IMG/VR virus record: IMGVR_UViG_3300008261_000010
Origin: an uncultured virus (IMG/VR IMGVR_UViG_3300008261_000010)
Taxonomy: Duplodnaviria; Heunggongvirae; Uroviricota; Caudoviricetes
DNA: 64,000 nt
Strand: one strand, 5' to 3'
The notes beneath the pieces are model-generated. The model searched no databases. It was not told the origin of the DNA and worked only from the letters and a program-made list of their open reading frames with translations. Position numbers and translations under genes: made by a program. Below are positions 36,041-45,553 of this stretch, piece after piece. Positions within the stretch are counted from its first letter, which is position 1. Each line of letters begins with the position of its first letter.

Positions 36041-37060
36041 TCAGGCGTGGACGGGTTCGCGCTGCTCTGTGAACTGCGACTCGAGGAAATCGATGAAGCC
36101 AGAAGCGGTGCGGGCCCGGGCGCCTTCCAGCTGGGAGCGGAAGACGGCCTCGCTGTTGCCGATGCGCTCGTGACTGGTGTACTGCGTGACAGCAGATGCC
36201 AGGCGCCAGGCGTTGGCACCACGGGTATCGAGCTCACTGCCGATCAGCTCGTGGCGGTAGATCTGCTCGAGTCGCTGGGCGAGCCGGCCGGTGCCTTGCT
36301 CATTGCCGAAGTACTGGTGCAGGGCAGCAGCGGCGGTCTCCATTGAGACGGGGGTCTCAATCAGGCGCTCCTTCATGCGGTCGTACGCCTGGCATTGGCG
36401 AACGGCGTGATCGAGTACGGCGTGAACAATGTCCTTGCTCATCGCTTGGGTATGGCTGAGCTTGACCTGGCATTCGGTCACCTTGCGGGCCATCCCGTTG
36501 GCGCAGACCAGCTCGTTGGCGATCACCGAGACGCGAGGGCGCAGGGCTTCACCGAAGGATTCGCTCAGTACCAACCAGTGATCGGTGCGATCTTCTGCGC
36601 TGATGTAGGCGGAATGCCCTTGGCGGCTGATCTCAAGGCCGCCACCGGCTGCGACAAGAGCGCCGTTGTTGCCGTTGAGCTTGGCAGCCATGTAGATGCT
36701 GCGGCCTTTGTTGTAGGAGCCGACGACATCAAGGGAGATGGCTTTATCGGAGGCGTCGCAGAAGGCGCGGAAGTAGTCGATGAACAGCGAGGGCTGGATG
36801 ATCTGGCGCTTAGTACCAAAGAAGCCGAGCAGGTCCTGGTTGTCATCGCGCAGCCAGAGCTGGCAGTCGCTGTAGGTGCGGCCGTAGGGGCTGGTGGCTG
36901 GGGTGCGGATGACGTTGAAGTTGCAGCCGATCGAGGCGAGGATTTCCTGATCGCTCATCCAGCTGTGGACCTCGGCGGCGGTGCCCTTGAAGAGTTTCTG
37001 GTCAGCCTTGGAGAGCTTGCTGGTTTGGGTTTGGGGTTGAGTTTGAGTGGCGGTGGTCAT
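36041..37060 (-). CDS. DUF932 family protein
   Basis: GRSIYMAAK, ELVCANGM, GANAWRLASAVTQYTSHER. Confidence 0.75.
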   Translation of the reverse strand: MTTATQTQPQTQTSKLSKADQKLFKGTAAEVHSWMSDQEILASIGCNFNVIRTPATSPYGRTYSDCQLWLRDDNQDLLGFFGTKRQIIQPSLFIDYFRAFCDASDKAISLDVVGSYNKGRSIYMAAKLNGNNGALVAAGGGLEISRQGHSAYISAEDRTDHWLVLSESFGEALRPRVSVIANELVCANGMARKVTECQVKLSHTQAMSKDIVHAVLDHAVRQCQAYDRMKERLIETPVSMETAAAALHQYFGNEQGTGRLAQRLEQIYRHELIGSELDTRGANAWRLASAVTQYTSHERIGNSEAVFRSQLEGARARTASGFIDFLESQFTEQREPVHA

Positions 37061-37650
37061 AGTTCTGAAGTGTCGTTTGGGTGATCTGTGATTTGGTCGA
37101 GATAAGTTGTGACCGCAGAGCGCTCGATTCCGAGTGAGGCCAGAAGCTCATCGGAGATCAGGAGCTGGCTACGGAAATCGCGCATCAAGACACGCTTCTG
37201 CTGGAAGCGATCGTTGATGAGCTCTTGCGCACGCTGGGCGTAGTAGGGGTAGCCAACCTGCGTGAGGACCTCTTCGAGGTGCTTGAGGCTGGCCTTGAGA
37301 AGCAGGGTGTGCTCTCGCATCACCCGAGCCAGCGTCTGCTGTTCAGGAGCTGAGAGGGTGTTGTACGGCTCGTCTTCTAAAGCGAGGGAGTTCATGTGCC
37401 GCTCGAAGTGGGCCTCGACCTCGGTGAGCAGGTGCATGGCAGCGACCAGCATCTGGATGATGTTGGTGCCGCCAGTGGAGCGCTCGATCAGCTGGCAGAT
37501 TGAAAACTGCAGGTCACAAGGCGCTCCGAGCTCGCCGCCGAAATCCAGAGCAGGGACCACCTCGCTGATGGGCAGCGGATTGCGCCCACGCAGCAAGGTA
37601 TTGAGCATCTCAGATGAGATGCTGTCCGGGATTTCGGGACTGGAGGTCAC
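37057..37650 (-). CDS. Hypothetical protein
   Basis: Coupled ORF. Confidence 0.55.
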   Translation of the reverse strand: MTSSPEIPDSISSEMLNTLLRGRNPLPISEVVPALDFGGELGAPCDLQFSICQLIERSTGGTNIIQMLVAAMHLLTEVEAHFERHMNSLALEDEPYNTLSAPEQQTLARVMREHTLLLKASLKHLEEVLTQVGYPYYAQRAQELINDRFQQKRVLMRDFRSQLLISDELLASLGIERSAVTTYLDQITDHPNDTSEL

Positions 37651-38264
37651 TGGAACTGGGGCTCAAGGTCGAGGGAGCGACGCAGGCGATCAACCGTGAC
37701 CTCCAGGGTGTGGCGATCAGGATCAATGGCATCTGAGGCAATACGGGCCTGGGCCTCACCGGCTGGGTCGCTGTGAACGAACAGGTCGATGAAGTTGGCG
37801 ACATGGCCGTAGGCGTTGGGCTTGGTGCCCCGCCGCGCACAGATTGTGCCTGCCATGGCACGCATGTCAAGCATTCTGTCAGCCACAGCAAGCGAGCCCA
37901 GCAGGGTGCGTACTGGCCAGGAGCTGCGGTCCGGATTGGAGTTGAAGACCGGCAGCGACAGCACGAACAGGTGGTAGGGGTGAGGCGAGCCGATGGTGAC
38001 GTCGAGGTAGAGCTTGCGGCGGTCGCCAGCGCGCTCACAGGCGCGGATGTCATGGACACCGAGGAAGGTCAGGCCATCGCCGGTGCCATCGAGGACGCGC
38101 TTGGGTTGGGCGTGTGACTCGCCGTACTCATAGAGCTGGCCGACCTGGTTGATCCCGAAGCGAAAGAACTTCGGCTCGGGCGGGCGCTTGGTGATTGCGG
38201 CGGCAACGGGATCGTCGCAGTCATCAAGCAAGAAGGCATCTTCAGTTGGGGCAAGAGAACTCAT
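37647..38264 (-). CDS. Hypothetical protein preceded by the early promoter-like motif
   Basis: ATG 38264, motif at 38284-38300. Confidence 0.6.
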   Translation of the reverse strand: MSSLAPTEDAFLLDDCDDPVAAAITKRPPEPKFFRFGINQVGQLYEYGESHAQPKRVLDGTGDGLTFLGVHDIRACERAGDRRKLYLDVTIGSPHPYHLFVLSLPVFNSNPDRSSWPVRTLLGSLAVADRMLDMRAMAGTICARRGTKPNAYGHVANFIDLFVHSDPAGEAQARIASDAIDPDRHTLEVTVDRLRRSLDLEPQFQ

Positions 38265-38283
38265 ACGAAGTCAGGTAACTGCA

Positions 38284-38338
38284 ATGCACCGCTGAATGAG
38301 TGCACAAAAATGCCCCCACCTGAGGATCAGGCAGGGGC
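38284..38338 (-). promoter_or_regulatory. Distal copy of the terminator + CAGC[A/G]GTGCAT motif unit
   Basis: atgcaccgctgaatgag followed by aaaaatgccccc...ggggc; leader CCTGACTTCG matches the 49 kb copies. Confidence 0.65.
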
Positions 38339-38397
38339 GCAATAGACTGTGTAGACGGCTAGTGGATGGATTCGTGCAGCACGAACAGGCGCTCCTG

Positions 38398-38883
38398 ATG
38401 GAGGTCCCTCAGGGCGAGATGGATACGTGCGACGACGGTGGCGTAGCTCAGCTGGTCAAGCATTTAGTAATGCTGGCCTCACTGCTGAAGGAGCTGCAAA
38501 CGCAGAGCCACTTAATCCACCTGAACTATGAAGGTGCGAACTTCCTTGAGGTGCATGCGTTCCTGAAGGAGCGCTATAAGGAACATCTCAAGCAGTTCGA
38601 CACCGTGGCTGAGGAGGTCAGAAGCCTGGATCACTTCATGCCGATGTGTGCGTGTGGCCTGAAGGAAGCCATGCCGCCGTTCCAGAACGTCGAGAACTAC
38701 GACGGTCGCTCGATGTTGCTGGCGTACTACGTGAACATCGAAAGCATGGGCTACCTGGCCAAGGAGATTGAGCAGGTAGCCGCTGCGGTGGGAGCGCCCG
38801 ATGTGCAGAACACGATGGCTGAGCTGGTGGGCTCAGCCTTCAAGACCAGCTGGATGCTGAAGAGCATCCTGCGTGGCTGCTAG
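38398..38883 (+). CDS. dps: Dps / ferritin-like protein
   Basis: HLIHLNYEGANFLEVHAFLKERY...DTVAEEVRSL ferroxidase motifs, KTSWML; start uncertain. Confidence 0.8.
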   Translation: MEVPQGEMDTCDDGGVAQLVKHLVMLASLLKELQTQSHLIHLNYEGANFLEVHAFLKERYKEHLKQFDTVAEEVRSLDHFMPMCACGLKEAMPPFQNVENYDGRSMLLAYYVNIESMGYLAKEIEQVAAAVGAPDVQNTMAELVGSAFKTSWMLKSILRGC

Positions 38884-39125
38884 TCGAGCGCGTAGAAGTC
38901 GCACTCCTTGCCGTTGAGGGTGACGCCATCGCGCCAGGTGAGGCCGATGGAGCTCCCGCCGGCGTGGTCGATGGTGTAGCGCAGGGCGGGGTTACAGCCA
39001 TTGCCAGGATTGTCGGGATGGCTGGGCCCTTTGCGAACGATGTAGCTGCCGTTCTGCCAGTGGACGGTGCGGCCGGCATCAACGGCAGCGGTGATTTGCT
39101 GGAGGTTCATCGGGGTCTGGATCAT
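38880..39125 (-). CDS. Hypothetical phage protein
   Basis: AVDAGRTVHWQNGSY...IGLTWRDGVTLNG. Confidence 0.6.
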   Translation of the reverse strand: MIQTPMNLQQITAAVDAGRTVHWQNGSYIVRKGPSHPDNPGNGCNPALRYTIDHAGGSSIGLTWRDGVTLNGKECDFYALD

Positions 39126-39126
39126 C

Positions 39127-39360
39127 TCAAGGCAGGATGATGGTTTCTTTAGCGCGCCAGCCCTTGCGGTCGACCCAGGCGTTGAATTCCGCCTTGGCTT
39201 CTGGGGTCATGTAGCCGAAGACGCGATTGAGCACGTGCTTGAAGGCGTGATCTTTATCGGCGAGCTTCTCATGTTCTACTGCGGCATGAGCAGCGCAGCA
39301 GATGTCCAGTAGGTCGTACTGAGGGATGCTGGCGGTGATGTTGGCCTGGTGATTATTCAT
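39127..39360 (-). CDS. Hypothetical protein
   Basis: ORF from MNNHQ. Confidence 0.55.
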   Translation of the reverse strand: MNNHQANITASIPQYDLLDICCAAHAAVEHEKLADKDHAFKHVLNRVFGYMTPEAKAEFNAWVDRKGWRAKETIILP

Positions 39361-39632
39361 GAGGACTGATCGAGCTGTTCGTAGTGATAGAAGGCAGAGG
39401 CCCAAGCTGGGAACCTGGGATCCTCGGGCAGTGGATAGCCCTCGAGTTCCCAGTCAGATTCAGAGGTCCCGCAGGGCGCATACCACCCGCCTTCATCAGC
39501 AGTCCAGCCGGCCTGCCAGCGGATGGTGTTGATACGGTCCTCTTCTCGGATGGCGGCTTCCACTTTGCCGAGGTGGTCGTACCAGTTAGGTCTTCGCTCG
39601 AGTTGAGCGAGGTTAAAGGAGGCGTCAGTCAT
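39357..39632 (-). CDS. Hypothetical protein
   Basis: ORF from MTDASF; ATGA coupling. Confidence 0.55.
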   Translation of the reverse strand: MTDASFNLAQLERRPNWYDHLGKVEAAIREEDRINTIRWQAGWTADEGGWYAPCGTSESDWELEGYPLPEDPRFPAWASAFYHYEQLDQSS

Positions 39633-39777
39633 CTTTAGCGACTGGGTGGACTGCTTGGAGTTGCTTAAGGATCGACAGAGTGCCAAGAGGCTTGCCGGTC
39701 CTAATGCGCTTGAGGGGTATTGGCTTACCGCCCCCGCGGACATCGAATGAGACTTTGTCTTTGTTGGCCATAGCGAA

Positions 39778-40107
39778 TCAGTAGTTAATGGCGACAGTGG
39801 CAATGCCGTCGAGGGGAACACCAAGGCGATGAGCTGCGCCGGCCGAGAGGTCGATCGAGTTGCAGTCACAGCGATCGGTGATCGGGACAGTCAGCTGTCG
39901 TCCGCGATGGCTGACGTTGACCTTGGTGCCACAGGGCAGCCAGGGATGGGCAGCGCTAATGCCCCAATGCTGGTAGGTCTGGCCGCAATAGGTGATGCGT
40001 CCTGAGTACCAGGGGTGATAAACGGTGGCCGTGACATGCCGGCCGGTGTGATGGGCGATGGCGGGCTGAGCGAGAAGTGCGGCAGTGAGGATGGAGCGTT
40101 TGAGCAT
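39778..40107 (-). CDS. RlpA-like lytic transglycosylase (DPBB domain) with signal peptide
   Basis: SAAHPWLPCGTKVNV...VPITDR...IDLSAGAAHRLG. Confidence 0.85.
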   Translation of the reverse strand: MLKRSILTAALLAQPAIAHHTGRHVTATVYHPWYSGRITYCGQTYQHWGISAAHPWLPCGTKVNVSHRGRQLTVPITDRCDCNSIDLSAGAAHRLGVPLDGIATVAINY

Positions 40108-40118
40108 GGGGATTGGAT

Positions 40119-40409
40119 TCAGGCAGCGTGGGTATCAGGGATTTGATTCAGGCGCGGCTGAGCTTCTGGTCCGACAATGCGAAGCGCGAGCTGGTTCCAT
40201 GCCAGTGCGGCTTCTTCTTCTGTGGCGTAAGAGCCGCCGTCAAAAGTCCGGCCGTTAAAGCGCAAGGCGGCGCGCCATGGCAGGCGTGGGTTGGAGTTAG
40301 CGCGTTGCACACCGCGGAAGCGACTCGCTCCACGGATGGAGTGCGGTCTTGCGGTGAGCTTGAGCCAGACCTCGGCCTTGCTGTTGCCGGATTTTGCGGA
40401 GTAGAGCAT
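40119..40409 (-). CDS. AP2-domain DNA-binding protein
   Basis: SRFRGV...WRAAL...GSYATEEEAALAWN...LN. Confidence 0.85.
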   Translation of the reverse strand: MLYSAKSGNSKAEVWLKLTARPHSIRGASRFRGVQRANSNPRLPWRAALRFNGRTFDGGSYATEEEAALAWNQLALRIVGPEAQPRLNQIPDTHAA

Positions 40410-40426
40410 GAGGCTAGAGAACAGGG

Positions 40427-40732
40427 TCAGTGGTCGTAGACAGGGAAGTCGTCGAGTACATCGCCAGCGGGATCTAAGAGAACCCAATTGGCGTTGTATT
40501 TCTCTCGAGCTGTTGTACAGATGTGATGAAGCCATTCAGGAATGGATTGATTGCCACAGGAAGGGTCTTCTTCGTAGGCGTAAAACCATTCCATTCCGTG
40601 GTCTGGCAGAGATCCAAAGCTCCATGGCGAAAGGTCTTGATCTACATCGGGCATGTGCTTAGTGGAGACCGTGAGCACGGTGGCGAGCGCAACTCCGGGG
40701 ACTGGAGAGGCTACTTGTCCAGAAAGGTTCAT
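40427..40732 (-). CDS. DUF5983-like protein
   Basis: LTVSTKHM...IPEWL...WVLLDPAG...FPVYD. Confidence 0.55.
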   Translation of the reverse strand: MNLSGQVASPVPGVALATVLTVSTKHMPDVDQDLSPWSFGSLPDHGMEWFYAYEEDPSCGNQSIPEWLHHICTTAREKYNANWVLLDPAGDVLDDFPVYDH

Positions 40733-40733
40733 A

Positions 40734-40940
40734 TCAGACCTGAGCGAACTTGCTAGCGAGTTGCTTGTAGCGCTCGAGGTGCTCATCGCGGGCTACATCC
40801 TTCCAGTCGCTCATACAGATGTCGTCGCCCGAGAAGTATTCATAGAAGAAAGCGCAGGCATTGACCAGCGCATTAAGTTCTTCTGGGGAAGCGGAGAAGT
40901 GTTGGTTCACTTTCACAGGGAATTGGCCGAGGTAATTCAT
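40734..40940 (-). CDS. Hypothetical protein
   Basis: ORF from MNYLG. Confidence 0.5.
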   Translation of the reverse strand: MNYLGQFPVKVNQHFSASPEELNALVNACAFFYEYFSGDDICMSDWKDVARDEHLERYKQLASKFAQV

Positions 40941-40947
40941 GGTGGGA

Positions 40948-41208
40948 TCAGGAGTAAGCGGTTTCGATAGGGCGACTGCAGACGCTGCAGAGAAGTTCAG
41001 GGTCTTCCCAGTTGACGTCGAGGGCAATGACGCACCAGCCGTCGTATCCGCAGGTGGTGGCAATCGACTCCCGCTCGTCTCTGCAGCAAGCAGGGCAGAT
41101 GGCCTGGCCGTCATCGGCGACGGCGAAACGGGGGTAGCCGCCAGGCCAGGCGTAAGGGTGCTCAGCGAGATCAGTTGCTAGGCGTAGGGATTTGGATTGC
41201 GTGGTCAT
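40948..41208 (-). CDS. Zn-binding phage protein (YAWPGGYP family)
   Basis: YAWPGGYP, CPAC, NWED...CSVC. Confidence 0.65.
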   Translation of the reverse strand: MTTQSKSLRLATDLAEHPYAWPGGYPRFAVADDGQAICPACCRDERESIATTCGYDGWCVIALDVNWEDPELLCSVCSRPIETAYS

Positions 41209-41398
41209 GAGCAGCGCGCCGGATTGAGGCGAGGATGTTGCGTTCAGAACGAGGAGATCGCTTGCGGCCGAAGGGAACGATCGTGTACCCGCCACCGGGG
41301 TGACGGGCGTGCCAGTGCTTGCGACCTGGAGTAATCGAGAACCCCAGGTCGATGGCGTACTTGAGGCAGGGATCTTTGCGGAAGAGGGGATTGCTCAT
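41171..41398 (-). CDS. HicA-like dsRBD-fold protein
   Basis: LGFSITPGRKHWHARHPGG...IVP...SERNILASIRR. Confidence 0.6.
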   Translation of the reverse strand: MSNPLFRKDPCLKYAIDLGFSITPGRKHWHARHPGGGYTIVPFGRKRSPRSERNILASIRRAAHDHAIQIPTPSN

Positions 41399-42012
41399 GA
41401 GTAATTCATGGCCTTCTCGTCGAGATCGCTGAGGGTGACGCCGCGTTCCTTGAGCCAGGGAATCATGCAGGTGACGACGATCTTCTGTGCTTCCATTGGA
41501 CGTGGCTTTTCTGCCGTGCCGATGAGCTTGCAGGTGAGATTGAAGGCTCGGGAAGCCTGCTCGATCAGCATCAGTAGATCGATGTCGAGGTTGTGCTCTG
41601 CGGCGCGCGCCTCAGCGTTGCGCTTGCGAACAGTGGCCGGGCGAACACCGCGATTAGGGATGACCGCAGTGCGCTGGGCGACGGCCGTCATGACGTGCGG
41701 GTCGGCGGCTTCGAAGGCAGCGAGATGGTCAGGATCGGACCAGCCTTCCTCTCGAGGAGGGAGCGCAGGATCCGCCAGTTCCTGCTCGTCAAAGTCAAGT
41801 TGGAGAACAGAAGCCTTGAGTTCCGTGTTGTACGTGAGGCAGCTGTCATCGAAGGTGAAGCCCTTCTTGACGATGTCGCGGATGGATTCAGGGATGAGTG
41901 CGGCGCACTCGCCACCGCTTGGAAGCTTCTTGTTGAAGTAGAAGTAGTAGTAGCCGTGATGGTCCGGCTTGACGCTGGGCTTAGGGTCTGAGGTTGCGAT
42001 ACGGACGGCCAT
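41395..42012 (-). CDS. Hypothetical protein
   Basis: ORF from MAVRIA; CTTTCGCA leader. Confidence 0.6.
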   Translation of the reverse strand: MAVRIATSDPKPSVKPDHHGYYYFYFNKKLPSGGECAALIPESIRDIVKKGFTFDDSCLTYNTELKASVLQLDFDEQELADPALPPREEGWSDPDHLAAFEAADPHVMTAVAQRTAVIPNRGVRPATVRKRNAEARAAEHNLDIDLLMLIEQASRAFNLTCKLIGTAEKPRPMEAQKIVVTCMIPWLKERGVTLSDLDEKAMNYS

Positions 42013-42043
42013 TGGTGGTGGTTGCGAAAGGAAGAAGCGGGAG

Positions 42044-42271
42044 TCACTGGGGCGTGACTTCAAAGAAGTGAGAGCCGGGGCCGAAATCGCGAACGATCTC
42101 CGGCCAGGTGTCGTAGATCTTGCGGGCGTTATTGCCGTCAGCCCTGCTGAGTGCAGTGGCTAGGCCGGAGACAAAGCCGCCGCCGTGCTTGCGCATGGCA
42201 TCAACGGTGCGGCCCCGGTAGGCGTAGAAGGTCTGGAAGTCGGCCAGGGCGATCGATGGGATGGGTGTCAT
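42044..42271 (-). CDS. Hypothetical phage protein
   Basis: MRKHGGGFVSGLATALSRADGNNARKIYDTWPE. Confidence 0.6.
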   Translation of the reverse strand: MTPIPSIALADFQTFYAYRGRTVDAMRKHGGGFVSGLATALSRADGNNARKIYDTWPEIVRDFGPGSHFFEVTPQ

Positions 42272-42837
42272 TTGATGGACCAGTTGGTGCGTTGAACAAG
42301 GCGAGCGCCGACAATCTCCTGGCCGCCTTTGAGTGCGGCCTTGATAGCGGTCTTGTCGGGCGTGCGGGTGGTCTTGGATTTGAAGAGGTCGTCAGGGATG
42401 AGGTCTTCGTCTTCGATCTCGACGGCTTCACTGCGCCGGGAGCGCAGTTCATGGGTCGGCAGGGAGAAGTTGCGGGCCTCGGGGCGCAAGGCGGTCAGCA
42501 CCTTGAGCATGTAGTCGGTGAGCGACTGGGCACGCTTCTCATCTGCCGCCGCTAGTTCTGCCAGGCGGATCGACTGCTCCTTGCGGAACTTGGCGACCGC
42601 TTGCAGGTGGTCGATGTAGCGGCAGATGTTGTCAGCCTTGGACTCGAGCAGAGCAGCGGTGTGGGCTTGAGCTTCGAGGTACTGCTCGACCAACCGGATG
42701 GCGGTCTCCTCTTGCTCGGGATCGTCGGAGCCGAGCAATTCGGCAGCTAAGGCGAGCTCGCCGTCGATGTATTGGGTCTGGATGCCAAGGGCGTAGAGAG
42801 ACTCTGCGCCCTGAGCTCTTGGGTCAGTAGAGCTCAT
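42268..42837 (-). CDS. Siphovirus Gp157 family protein
   Basis: KADNICRYI...EDLIPDDLFK...PDKTAIKAALKGGQEIVGARL. Confidence 0.85.
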   Translation of the reverse strand: MSSTDPRAQGAESLYALGIQTQYIDGELALAAELLGSDDPEQEETAIRLVEQYLEAQAHTAALLESKADNICRYIDHLQAVAKFRKEQSIRLAELAAADEKRAQSLTDYMLKVLTALRPEARNFSLPTHELRSRRSEAVEIEDEDLIPDDLFKSKTTRTPDKTAIKAALKGGQEIVGARLVQRTNWSIK

Positions 42838-43007
42838 GCTCGGAGTGGGCTTGGCAGTAGGACTGGAGGACGATCGCGGCCGGCCAGGAGGATGGTTCGC
42901 CGGAGCGGAGGTTGTTGACGTAGGTGTTGCGCTCGAGCTGGCTGCTGAAGTCGCAGCGCCAGCAGAGCGTGGTGCGGGTGTCATAGACGTAGATGGAGAA
43001 GTGGTGA

Positions 43008-43220
43008 TTAGTCGCGGCGCGTCGCAGCAGATAGCGCTTGCCGAGAGCGTTTGAGTTGGCGGTCAAAGGACGCCAGTTGCCGCTTGATCGTCTGGACAGA
43101 GCGACGGTCTTGGGAGGCGCAGCCAGCCTTGAGGGCGCGCTGGGCTTCTGAAAGCAGCTCTGCAGTCGCATCGCGGAGGCGAACCAGCGGAAGCAGGCTT
43201 TGATCAATGGCATCTGGCAT
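43008..43220 (-). CDS. Hypothetical helical protein
   Basis: ORF from MPDAID. Confidence 0.4.
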   Translation of the reverse strand: MPDAIDQSLLPLVRLRDATAELLSEAQRALKAGCASQDRRSVQTIKRQLASFDRQLKRSRQALSAATRRD

Positions 43221-43305
43221 GCTGAGTGCCGTGGCTTGCGCATTGTGGCCGGAAATTCCAGAAAGGGAAGCCCCGGCGTGCGGAATGCACACCGGGGCGA
43301 CTAGG

Positions 43306-43692
43306 TCAGGCGACCGTGATCTGCTGGAGTTCCGCGGCAGGTGCGGCAGCGACGGCCTCGGTTGCGGTTTCAGCAGCGGCCAGGCCGTGCTTCACCGCCT
43401 TGGTGTAGAGGGTCTTGGTGTAGACCTCCTTGGCCGAGATCGCATAGACGCCGGTGGGCGAGGAAACGATCTTGCCGAAGTAGAGGGTGCCGGTTGCCGG
43501 ATCCTCGAAGGTGTCGGCAGGGTTATCGCGGCCGACCATATCGGTGATGTGATCGGACTTGAAGCCGGCGTTGATTGCCGTCTCCCGGCGAGCCATGCCG
43601 CCGTTGCGGTTAGAGACCCAAGCCAGTTCGGCGTGGGTCCAGTTGCTGCCGGAGTAGAGGCGAGCGGAGATAGGGCCGAGGTTGAGTTCCAT
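43306..43692 (-). CDS. Hypothetical early protein
   Basis: ATG 43692; promoter-like motif at 43732-43748. Confidence 0.65.
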   Translation of the reverse strand: MELNLGPISARLYSGSNWTHAELAWVSNRNGGMARRETAINAGFKSDHITDMVGRDNPADTFEDPATGTLYFGKIVSSPTGVYAISAKEVYTKTLYTKAVKHGLAAAETATEAVAAAPAAELQQITVA

Positions 43693-43799
43693 GGTGGATT
43701 GCGAAAGTGCGAAACGAAGCAAGCCCCTTACATGCACTGCTGTAAGAGGGCAAAAACAAGCAAGTAGAATGCAAACAACGCAGTACGAATCGTTCCGCG

Positions 43800-44291
43800 A
43801 TGTTTAGCGGTGTGCGCAACCTGGATGAGCGAATCCGGGGCTACATGGCCCAGCAGGCTGAGGGCCAATTGGCTGCTCGCCGCCAGGCCGTCATGGACGA
43901 CCTGAAGAGTCAGATTCAGTCCAGCCCTGCTAGCGCAGCCAAGCGTGTTGGCGAGCGCTTCGGTGTATCAGAAGGCGGGCTCAGCGACCTCGAGCGAGTG
44001 CTGCGAGGTGAACGAGGCGCCGTGTCGCAGGAAGTGTTTGCACCGAATAGCGGTGCGATGCTCCAGGCGACGGCTGATCGCGAGGCTGCCCGCAATCCGC
44101 TGTACAACCTGCAGCGCATGCTGTCCGGTGAAAGCACTGCGGATCGTGCTGGCCAAGTCGCGTTTTACGGTGCTGCCGCTGGTGGCGCTACTGCCGGCCT
44201 CACTGCAGCAGGTCAAGGCCTGATGGCCCTGATGGAATACCTGCAGCAAGGTCAGCAGTCCGAGCAAGAGCGCGAACAGCCTCTCGCTTGA
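43800..44291 (+). CDS. Hypothetical Ala/Gly-rich protein, opposite strand to the early region
   Basis: TAGAAT box at about 43765; AAGGATAGLTAAGQGL segment. Confidence 0.6.
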   Translation: MFSGVRNLDERIRGYMAQQAEGQLAARRQAVMDDLKSQIQSSPASAAKRVGERFGVSEGGLSDLERVLRGERGAVSQEVFAPNSGAMLQATADREAARNPLYNLQRMLSGESTADRAGQVAFYGAAAGGATAGLTAAGQGLMALMEYLQQGQQSEQEREQPLA

Positions 44292-44425
44292 CGTGGAAGA
44301 TCCGCAGCGCTGGGAGTGTGCTGTGTGGGTCCGGGTCAAGGCGGCTTTAGAAGCTGCTGGTAAGACCCGGACGTCGTATTACTTGATGGCTGATGAAGCC
44401 GTTCGCCTTTGCAAGCTGAAAAGCC

Positions 44426-44638
44426 ATGGATAACGACTTTCCGATGCTTGCCGGTGCCCGGCTTGGGTTGGGATCGATGGACATACAGCGTGGATTGAGC
44501 AATGGTTCGTTGAACGGATTGCGGCTCTCGAACGCTGTTGGCCCTCTATGGCCGAGCAATCCGATGGCACCAGAGAATAGTGAGCCGCACTTCACGGCTA
44601 GCGGTGGTTACCAGCCGGAAGTAGCGTTCGGCGCCTAG
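44426..44638 (+). CDS. Small hypothetical protein
   Basis: ORF MDNDFPMLAG. Confidence 0.45.
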   Translation: MDNDFPMLAGARLGLGSMDIQRGLSNGSLNGLRLSNAVGPLWPSNPMAPENSEPHFTASGGYQPEVAFGA

Positions 44639-44820
44639 TCGATAACTGGGCCCATCATGCGCCGGAAGTCGGCGGTGAGCTTGGCGCAGTCGCTGACTGA
44701 ATCCTCGACTGCAAGCAGGACGCGGGCTTCTGCTGCTAGGTCGAGGTTGGAGTCGAGGGCCAGGGTGCCGACAATGAAGCGGCGCTCGAGGGGCTTGTCG
44801 TCGACGTGGGTCGTGGTCAT
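44635..44820 (-). CDS. Hypothetical protein
   Basis: ATGA-coupled ORF. Confidence 0.5.
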   Translation of the reverse strand: MTTTHVDDKPLERRFIVGTLALDSNLDLAAEARVLLAVEDSVSDCAKLTADFRRMMGPVID

Positions 44821-45143
44821 AGGAGGGAGGTGTCGCGGCTAACAGGGAGTCCGGTGTGGCGAGAGAAGGCTTTGAGTGCCTGGGCGTTGTTGCCGCCGAT
44901 ATGCCACCAGTAGTCCTCGCGTGGGATGGACGGCTCTTTCCAGTCATAGATATGGAATGTGGTGCCGTCCTTGCAGCGGAAGGCCCATTCGACATTGACT
45001 TTGCCGTCGATGTCGCGCTCATGCGGTTCGCCGAGAAGGGCGATCAAGGTGGCGTAGTTTGTGCGGCAGTAACCAGCCAGAGATCCACTGGCGTGGTCGG
45101 CTGGGCCCAGGACTGCGAGGGGGTGGAGGTTGGAGGTGTTCAT
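44817..45143 (-). CDS. Conserved phage early protein
   Basis: YATLIALLGEP...DGKVNVEW...FHIYDWK...WHIGG. Confidence 0.7.
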   Translation of the reverse strand: MNTSNLHPLAVLGPADHASGSLAGYCRTNYATLIALLGEPHERDIDGKVNVEWAFRCKDGTTFHIYDWKEPSIPREDYWWHIGGNNAQALKAFSRHTGLPVSRDTSLL

Positions 45144-45146
45144 GAG

Positions 45147-45338
45147 TTAGGCAGGTTGACGGTGAATGACGAGCTCGCCCTCGAAGCCGCCAAAATCGTC
45201 GTTGACGTCGGCTTCGATGAAGGCGAGAAAGCCTGGCTCGGTGGGCTCGGTGTCGTACTCAGCGCAGTATTCGAGGTAGGAATCGGGCGAGTAGATAAGG
45301 GTTTGCGTAGCTTCAACTGCGGTGACGTTGAAGGTCAT
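45147..45338 (-). CDS. Small acidic protein
   Basis: YLEYCAEYDTEPTEPGFLAFI. Confidence 0.55.
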   Translation of the reverse strand: MTFNVTAVEATQTLIYSPDSYLEYCAEYDTEPTEPGFLAFIEADVNDDFGGFEGELVIHRQPA

Positions 45339-45550
45339 TGATTGCTAGAGCGGAATTCAGAGACGATGCCGTGGTGATCGCAGGCGTCACAGCGGATGAA
45401 GGACCAATCGCCCCAGGAGTCGTTGTCACCTGTGGTTTCGATCCAGCCGTCGTCGTGCATGATGACGTTGGTCTCGACGGTGACTACGAAGGGGCTATCG
45501 GATTTGCAGTCGGGGCACTGAATGCCACGCAGGCAGTTGGTGTTGGTCAT
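45335..45550 (-). CDS. Small Zn-ribbon protein
   Basis: CPDC...CDAC. Confidence 0.65.
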   Translation of the reverse strand: MTNTNCLRGIQCPDCKSDSPFVVTVETNVIMHDDGWIETTGDNDSWGDWSFIRCDACDHHGIVSEFRSSNQ

Positions 45551-45553
45551 AGT

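Noticed and set aside
38296..38397. Dps N-terminal extension given in the ORF track
   Set aside because: It runs through the terminator/promoter repeat unit; a start at or after 38398 is more plausible.
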